Positions 58,435 through 64,000 of a stretch of DNA of 64,000 nucleotides are shown piece after piece. Numbering within the stretch: the stretch's first letter is position 1; each line of letters begins with the position of its first letter. Origin of the DNA: an uncultured Pseudomonadales bacterium (lineage in GTDB: Bacteria; Patescibacteriota; Microgenomatia; UBA1400; PJMF01); contig CAZUHV010000001.1 of NCBI GenBank assembly GCA_964620965.1, positions 85,839 to 149,838 on the forward strand, in the 5' to 3' direction. The translations under genes and the position numbers were made by a program. The notes beneath the pieces were generated by a model. It made no database searches. It worked only from the letters and a program-made list of their open reading frames with translations, and was not told where the DNA came from.

Positions 58435-59736
58435 TTGATGAGAAGAGTACTATCAACTATTGGAACAACCGCACTTGTTTTCCTTTTCTTTAGTTCTCCT
58501 GTTTTTGCTCAATCAACTAACCCTGATGTCATAGAATATACAAACAGTACATTACAAATCATCACTTTAATAGCGACCGCATCAGCGGTCTTTTTTTTAG
58601 TTAAAGCAGGATATCTCTACATCACCTCAGCTGGAAAACCTGAAGTTCTTGAGTCTGCCAAGAAAACTATCCGTAATGCAGTTATTGGCTTAACTTTAGT
58701 TTTAGCTGCAAATGTTGTCACCTCTGTTTTTCAGCATGCTTTAAATTCGCAAACAACTACTGGCTCTGGCACACCCATAGATATCGTCAGTATAGAAGCT
58801 GTTGAACCATCTGAAGGACTCACTCAAGTTTTAATTGATGCCATTGGAGGCTTTATCCAAAATATTGTGGAGAGTTCTACTGAGCCAATTGTGAATGGGG
58901 TGCTTGGATACCTGACAACCACACCAACACTTTTAAACAATGAGGTGGTTCGCAATTTTTGGTTTATTTCAGTCGGTATTGTGGACGCTTTATTCATCTT
59001 GGTTGTAGCCCTAATGGGCTTGCAAGTCATGAGTGCTAGTACCTTTGGTTTTGATGAAGTAGAGCTTAAACAACTGCTTCCAAGGTTAGGACTTACTTTC
59101 TTGGCTGCAAATATTTCACTCTTTCTAGCAGACTACGCCATTATCACCTGCAATATGTTGGTAAAAGTTATCTTAGATTCAACAGGAGGACTGAACCATG
59201 CTTGGATAGAAGCTGCTTTTAACCCTACAGCAGTCATTTCTGGAACTACGCCACTGATCATTTTGATATTTATGGTGCTGTTTTTAATTGTCTCAATCGT
59301 GTTACTGCTTATGTACATCAGTAGGCTCATTTTTATTTCCCTTGGGGCAGTTTTGTCACCATTTATCTTTCTGCTTTCAGCTCTGCCTAAATTTTCTGAC
59401 TTTGCCTTGATTGCCATAAAGACTTACCTTGTTAGTATTTTTATCGTGTTTGTTCATGTGGTGATTATTCAGCTCGCCAGCTCATTTTTAACTCTGCCAG
59501 ACCACAGTGAAAACTCAATCATTTCAATTGCCGTCGGGATTGGACTTTTTATCACCTTACTTAAAACCCCAAACCTCATGATTCAGATGGTGATGTATAC
59601 CGCTAATTCTGGAATAATGAAAAAGCTCGGGAACCAAATTATTAACGTGATGACAACAGATAACGCATCCGTTGCTAGTAGAGCTCAAGCTCAAAATACT
59701 GCCTCAAAACTAACTAGAAAGGCCATCAAAATATGA
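58435..59736 (+). CDS. Pilin-like domain fused to a VirB6/TrbL-like multi-TM domain
   Basis: YITSAGKPE..ESAKKTI pilin repeat, then polytopic region with SPF..L..LP. Confidence 0.7.
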   Translation: MMRRVLSTIGTTALVFLFFSSPVFAQSTNPDVIEYTNSTLQIITLIATASAVFFLVKAGYLYITSAGKPEVLESAKKTIRNAVIGLTLVLAANVVTSVFQHALNSQTTTGSGTPIDIVSIEAVEPSEGLTQVLIDAIGGFIQNIVESSTEPIVNGVLGYLTTTPTLLNNEVVRNFWFISVGIVDALFILVVALMGLQVMSASTFGFDEVELKQLLPRLGLTFLAANISLFLADYAIITCNMLVKVILDSTGGLNHAWIEAAFNPTAVISGTTPLIILIFMVLFLIVSIVLLLMYISRLIFISLGAVLSPFIFLLSALPKFSDFALIAIKTYLVSIFIVFVHVVIIQLASSFLTLPDHSENSIISIAVGIGLFITLLKTPNLMIQMVMYTANSGIMKKLGNQIINVMTTDNASVASRAQAQNTASKLTRKAIKI

Positions 59737-60239
59737 GAAGCCAAGTCATACCAGCTCAAATAACCACAGTAGAAGATAAGATTGCAGGCAACTTTAGTCT
59801 GACACAGATCATGCTACTGCTTATGCCAGTCTTGATTGCAACATTTATCTACACTTTCCTACCACCTACCATGACTTTTGTTATCTATAAGCTAGTTCTA
59901 GCAAGTATCTTTGCAGTTTTAAGTATCACGCTAGCTGTCAGAGTCAAAGGCAGAATCATCTCCAGTTGGTTAGTTGTTTTGATTCGGTACAACATTAGAC
60001 CAAAGTATTACATCTATAACAAAAACTCAGTGATTTACCGAGAAGTTATAAAGCCAGAAGTTCAAAATATTGTTGTTAAACAGAAACATGATGAAAAAGT
60101 TGCACAAAAACAACTTAACTCCCCAGATATCAAAGATGTATTAAAACTTCGCCATCTTCTAGACACAACTGATTTCAATCTAACCTATCGCTCTGGCAAG
60201 AAAGGAGGACTCAATGTGGCTTTTGAAAAAATCTCTTAA
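59733..60239 (+). CDS. PrgI-family (VirB3-like) membrane protein
   Basis: IPAQITTVEDKIAGNFSLTQ N-terminus, two TMs, RPKYY. Confidence 0.75.
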   Translation: MRSQVIPAQITTVEDKIAGNFSLTQIMLLLMPVLIATFIYTFLPPTMTFVIYKLVLASIFAVLSITLAVRVKGRIISSWLVVLIRYNIRPKYYIYNKNSVIYREVIKPEVQNIVVKQKHDEKVAQKQLNSPDIKDVLKLRHLLDTTDFNLTYRSGKKGGLNVAFEKIS

Positions 60240-60834
60240 CAAAATTAGCTCTCGTAACCAAATTGCTATCAAAGAAGTTCGTGATGGAATCTTGGTTCTA
60301 CCAAATAACGAACACCGACTGATTATTGAAACTTCCTCAGTTAACTTTGAGCTTAAAAGTGAAGCGGAACAAGATGTATTAATTGATAGCTTTCAAACAT
60401 TTCTAAACTCACTGCCCTCTCAACTGCAAATCCTGATTCGCATTCGTGAAGTAGATATTGACCAATACGTTGATTCCATTGATCTACTCAAAGAAACGGA
60501 AGATGAAAAGCAATACATAGAACAAATTAATGACTACACTCAATTTATTCGCCAACTCGTATCTGGCAACAAAATCTTGTCTCGCAAGTTTTACATCGTC
60601 CTACCTTACAAACCGGAAACCAAAGGCAATACTTTTGAGCTAGCCCAAGCTCAACTCAATTTAACTCAAGATATGGTAATTAAAGCTCTAGAAAAACTAG
60701 GAATGAAGGCAAGGAAGCTCGATAGCTTAGAAGTTTTACATCTCTTTTATAGCTTCTACAACAAGGGACAGATAAAAACTCAGGAATTAACCAGCACTAC
60801 TATGAAAGCAATACTACAACACAACTATGTTTAA
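60214..60834 (+). CDS. VirB4-associated protein (TraC/TcpE-like N-terminal module)
   Basis: SSVNFELKSEAEQ...FLNSL...QILIR, RKFYIV; lies between prgI and virB4. Confidence 0.65.
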   Translation: MWLLKKSLNKISSRNQIAIKEVRDGILVLPNNEHRLIIETSSVNFELKSEAEQDVLIDSFQTFLNSLPSQLQILIRIREVDIDQYVDSIDLLKETEDEKQYIEQINDYTQFIRQLVSGNKILSRKFYIVLPYKPETKGNTFELAQAQLNLTQDMVIKALEKLGMKARKLDSLEVLHLFYSFYNKGQIKTQELTSTTMKAILQHNYV

Positions 60835-62641
60835 TACTGTTCAAAACTACTACCACAACTTACAAAAATGGAAGCGAAAAAAGGTTCGTAAGTTTAAAAC
60901 CCAACAAGAGAAAAAACGAAGAGAACGCCTTTCACTTCAGTTTAGTTTTGGTGAACAAGATCAAGTTGACTTAATTTCTTATTCTGGCTTGATGGAAGAA
61001 TCTACCTACCTACAAATGGGTGATACCTATGTTCGAACGCTTTTTATCTCTGGCTACCCATATGTTGCTAATGTTGGTTGGCTCAATATGCTAATTAACT
61101 TCAACCATGACTTAGATATTTCATATCACATTGAGCACGTTGACCCTTTGATGGCATTGCCAAAACTGAATCGAAAAATTACTGAGCTTGAGTCAACCAA
61201 ACGAAGCATGCTAAAGGCAGGAAAAGTGATTGGTTCTGAAATCACTGACCCACTTGAATCTGCTATGGAACTGAAAGACAAAATCCAAAGAGGTCAGGAA
61301 AAACTGTTTCAAATTTCTATTTACATGACCTTGAGTGCAAATAGTTTGGAAGAGCTCAATAAAACCACACAAGTTCTTGAAACCATCATGGCATCTAGAA
61401 TGTTTTACATCAAAACTGCCACTTTCCAACAACTTGAAGGCTTGCAATCAATTCTGCCAAGAGGCGAAAACCAACTCAATCAAAAACGAAACTTGGATAG
61501 CTCCAGTGCAGCTTTAACTTTCCCATTTGTTTCATCCGAACTTGTCCAAGAATCAGGTATTTTATATGGAATTAATAAATCAAATAATTCACTGGTAATT
61601 GTAGATCGCTTCTCTTTAAATAACGCTAACTCAATTATCTTTGCTCAATCAGGAAGTGGTAAAAGTTACACTGCCAAAGTTGAAATTTTAAGACAACTAA
61701 TGCAACAAACAAAAGTTATCGTTATTGATCCTGAACGGGAGTATAAACAACTAGCAAAATCAGTTAAAGGCACATACATTCGCTTATCTGCCACTTCTAA
61801 AGAAAAGATTAACCCCTTTGATTTCTCACTCAAATCATTTACGGGTCAAAACGGATTAGCTGAACATATTCAAGATCTAACTGAAATTATTTCCCTGATG
61901 GCAGGCTCACTCACAGATGAAGAGCGTGCTGTAGTCGATAAAGCTTTAATTGAAACCTACAAACAATTTGGCATTAGCATGCGAAAAGGCAACTACGAAG
62001 CTGATCAAAAATTTCCGCTACTTAAAGATTTCTATAAGGTGCTCAAGAAAATGAAACAAAAAGAGCTATGTCACAGGCTGGATAAATTCGTTTCTGGCTC
62101 GCTTTCCAGTGTGTTTGATTCTCAAACCAATGTAGATCTTTCCAACCGCTTAGTCATTTTTGATATCAAAGATTTGGATGAGTCACTCAGGCAAATAATG
62201 ATTCTAGCCACTGCTAATTTTGTACACTCTGAAGTTAAATCTAACCCACAAAAACGTATCTTAGTAATTGATGAAGCCTGGTTGCTTTTGCAACATGAAG
62301 AAAGCGCGAGGTTCTTAGCAGGATTGGTCAGACGTGCACGCAAACACTACTTGGGAGTCACTCTCATTTCTCAGCAAGCTAATGACTTTTTAAACCAAGA
62401 ATATGGCAGAGCAATTGCCTCGCAATCATCACTCAGAATATTGATGAAGCAGGATACAACTTCAATTAAAAAAGTAGTCCAGGAATTTAACTTGAGTGAG
62501 TACGAGCAACAATTTCTACTTACTTGTGACCGAGGTGAAGCTTTAATAATTGCTGACCAAAACCATGTGGCTGTAAAAATAGTTGCCTCAGAAAAAGAAC
62601 ATCCAATGTTAACCACTGATCCGAAAGATTTATATTTATAG
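60827..62641 (+). CDS. virB4: VirB4-like conjugation ATPase
   Basis: Walker A AQSGSGKS, IDPEREY, INPFD, Walker B VIDEAW, RRARK, SQQ. Confidence 0.88.
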   Translation: MFNTVQNYYHNLQKWKRKKVRKFKTQQEKKRRERLSLQFSFGEQDQVDLISYSGLMEESTYLQMGDTYVRTLFISGYPYVANVGWLNMLINFNHDLDISYHIEHVDPLMALPKLNRKITELESTKRSMLKAGKVIGSEITDPLESAMELKDKIQRGQEKLFQISIYMTLSANSLEELNKTTQVLETIMASRMFYIKTATFQQLEGLQSILPRGENQLNQKRNLDSSSAALTFPFVSSELVQESGILYGINKSNNSLVIVDRFSLNNANSIIFAQSGSGKSYTAKVEILRQLMQQTKVIVIDPEREYKQLAKSVKGTYIRLSATSKEKINPFDFSLKSFTGQNGLAEHIQDLTEIISLMAGSLTDEERAVVDKALIETYKQFGISMRKGNYEADQKFPLLKDFYKVLKKMKQKELCHRLDKFVSGSLSSVFDSQTNVDLSNRLVIFDIKDLDESLRQIMILATANFVHSEVKSNPQKRILVIDEAWLLLQHEESARFLAGLVRRARKHYLGVTLISQQANDFLNQEYGRAIASQSSLRILMKQDTTSIKKVVQEFNLSEYEQQFLLTCDRGEALIIADQNHVAVKIVASEKEHPMLTTDPKDLYL

Positions 62642-63253
62642 ATGCATGCTGTACTTACCGCTCACACCATTTGGTCTTATAGAAGGGAATTTCAGTTTGT
62701 TGCGTTTTCATTTTTGGTTTTAATCTCACTGCCCATCATTGCAGTAGTTATCCTGATGCACACAGGAATCAACATTGTCTCTGATGCTCTGATTGACGTT
62801 GAGCCAGAAACACAAACTATTCAAATCAAAAACCCTGCAGATGGGTCTGTCGTTAAAGAAGTATCAAAAAAAGTGGCATGGCCTGTTCAAGGAGTAACAA
62901 CACTTGAATTTGCTAAATCTAGTGGCTACCAAAAGTTTCATGCAGGAATCGATATTGCCAACTCTCAAGGGAAAGTGGGAGATAAAATATCACCTTTTAT
63001 GGATGGGACTGTAACTTATGCTGGCGAGATTTTTTGGGGATATGGAAAACACGTAATTATTGATCATGGAGACAACATGACATCTGTATATGCTCACTTA
63101 AATCGAATTACTGTTTATGAAGGAGAGGAAGTAAAAGTGAGTGATTCAATTGGAGAAATGGGGAGTACCGGCTGGTCTACAGGACCGCATTTGCATTTTG
63201 AGATTAGAGTCTATGGAGTGCCAATAGATCCTACGATGATTCTAGGTATCTAA
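62642..63253 (+). CDS. M23 peptidoglycan endopeptidase
   Basis: HAGID, YAHL, STGPHLHFE; N-terminal TM. Confidence 0.9.
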   Translation: MHAVLTAHTIWSYRREFQFVAFSFLVLISLPIIAVVILMHTGINIVSDALIDVEPETQTIQIKNPADGSVVKEVSKKVAWPVQGVTTLEFAKSSGYQKFHAGIDIANSQGKVGDKISPFMDGTVTYAGEIFWGYGKHVIIDHGDNMTSVYAHLNRITVYEGEEVKVSDSIGEMGSTGWSTGPHLHFEIRVYGVPIDPTMILGI

Positions 63254-63385
63254 GATTGAACTCTTCTTGCAATTATCTGTATATATGCCAGAGAGCAATC
63301 AAAAAGTTAGAACTAGCGTACAATCATCGAATATATGCGGTAGAAGCGTGTATGGCTAATAATTATTTGTGGTAGTATCTAAGTA

Positions 63386-63934
63386 ATGTTTGAAAAAATA
63401 CTCCCTATAACTATAGTTTTTGTTTTTTTGTTAAACCTATACATGTTTCTAATTCCCTCAACAAGCAACTCCTATAGTATTACTCAAACATTCGATGATT
63501 ACCACGCCGTAGATAATTGGAACTCACCTGATTATGCAGATGGGTTTTTTGACGATGATGAACATCTAGATCTAGTTTTCAATGATGGTTGCATATATCT
63601 AACAAGAGCTGAGACTAAAATAGAAATGCATAGTAGTGAATGTGAACAAAAGAACCCTGCATTCAGAACACAAGCCAACCAGGGCCCCAAGATTGGGGGA
63701 CAAAAGGTATTCCAAGGACTCTCAACAAGCAGACCACACTTTGCAATCTTGCAATCATTTGCTGCCAAAAAGAGTGAACAAAATTGGAAGGTATACGAAC
63801 AGGTGAATTTGAATACTACTGTTTGGGAAATCCTGCCAGATGGAATAATAGTAACTGCAGAAGCAAGTACTGCCGACAAATTAGATGCCGCATGGTACTT
63901 CGTCAGTCACCTTTTCACTTTTATACTAAACTAG
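63386..63934 (+). CDS. Hypothetical membrane-anchored/secreted protein
   Basis: N-terminal TM; acidic DGFFDDDEHLDLV loop reminiscent of FG-GAP. Confidence 0.55.
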   Translation: MFEKILPITIVFVFLLNLYMFLIPSTSNSYSITQTFDDYHAVDNWNSPDYADGFFDDDEHLDLVFNDGCIYLTRAETKIEMHSSECEQKNPAFRTQANQGPKIGGQKVFQGLSTSRPHFAILQSFAAKKSEQNWKVYEQVNLNTTVWEILPDGIIVTAEASTADKLDAAWYFVSHLFTFILN

Positions 63935-64000
63935 TTCCAGCATTAGTAATTACTTAAAGTATTTTTTTATGCTTTAGTTCTTACTAAAGGTTTTTTTGCC

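Larger units (their letters stand above)
34163..63253. mobile_element. Integrative conjugative element at tRNA-Glu; right end not located and may extend past the window
   Basis: Serine recombinase at the tRNA, T4CP, relaxase, ArdC, VirB4/PrgI/VirB6/pilin/M23 module, defence and metabolic cargo. Confidence 0.8.

Noticed and set aside
2014-62616. Many 60-130 aa ORFs antisense or out of frame within long genes
   Set aside because: Fully nested in well-supported CDSs with no motifs; treated as spurious
63254-63385. Possible attR of the ICE after the M23 gene
   Set aside because: No copy of the tRNA-Glu 3' end found; a 10-bp match GGTAGAAGCG to 24862 is compatible with chance
1-64000. Alternative genetic code (TGA=Gly as in Gracilibacteria/Absconditabacteria)
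   Set aside because: Conserved genes are full length under code 11 and several end at TGA

Overview
AT-rich bacterial chromosome segment using the standard code. Gene content (GT-C glycosyltransferase cluster, DUF3048, wHTH-NTase, DUF2779, GAD-less AspRS, tRNAs lacking encoded CCA) suggests a Patescibacteria/CPR (Microgenomates-like) genome; this is inference. Positions 1-34.2 kb are mostly core genes: tRNA-Gln, a convergent two-component pair, a lipid-linked glycosylation cluster with gmd/rmd/ugd, dacA, aspS, recJ, CCA-adding enzyme, secDF, rseP, frr, rfbA, a tasA-sipW module, msrB/msrA, tspO and tRNA-Glu. From tRNA-Glu (34.15 kb) to at least 63.3 kb lies an integrative conjugative element (ICE). 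It encodes a large serine recombinase whose C-terminus reads through the antisense of the tRNA, a VirD4-like coupling protein, a MOBC/Replic_Relax relaxase, ArdC with an ssDNA-promoter-like hairpin, and a monoderm-type T4SS. It also carries a type I RM + RloC-like + DUF2779 operon and a 5.67-kb six-enzyme cassette bounded by a 40-bp direct-repeated hairpin. The strongest non-coding signals are a T-box riboswitch with a very short Stem I before aspS, a thrL-like attenuator before an orphan basic protein, and a ~350-nt multi-hairpin leader before a GC-rich orphan gene. No CRISPR array or rRNA was seen. All family calls come from motif recognition by eye, not database searches.
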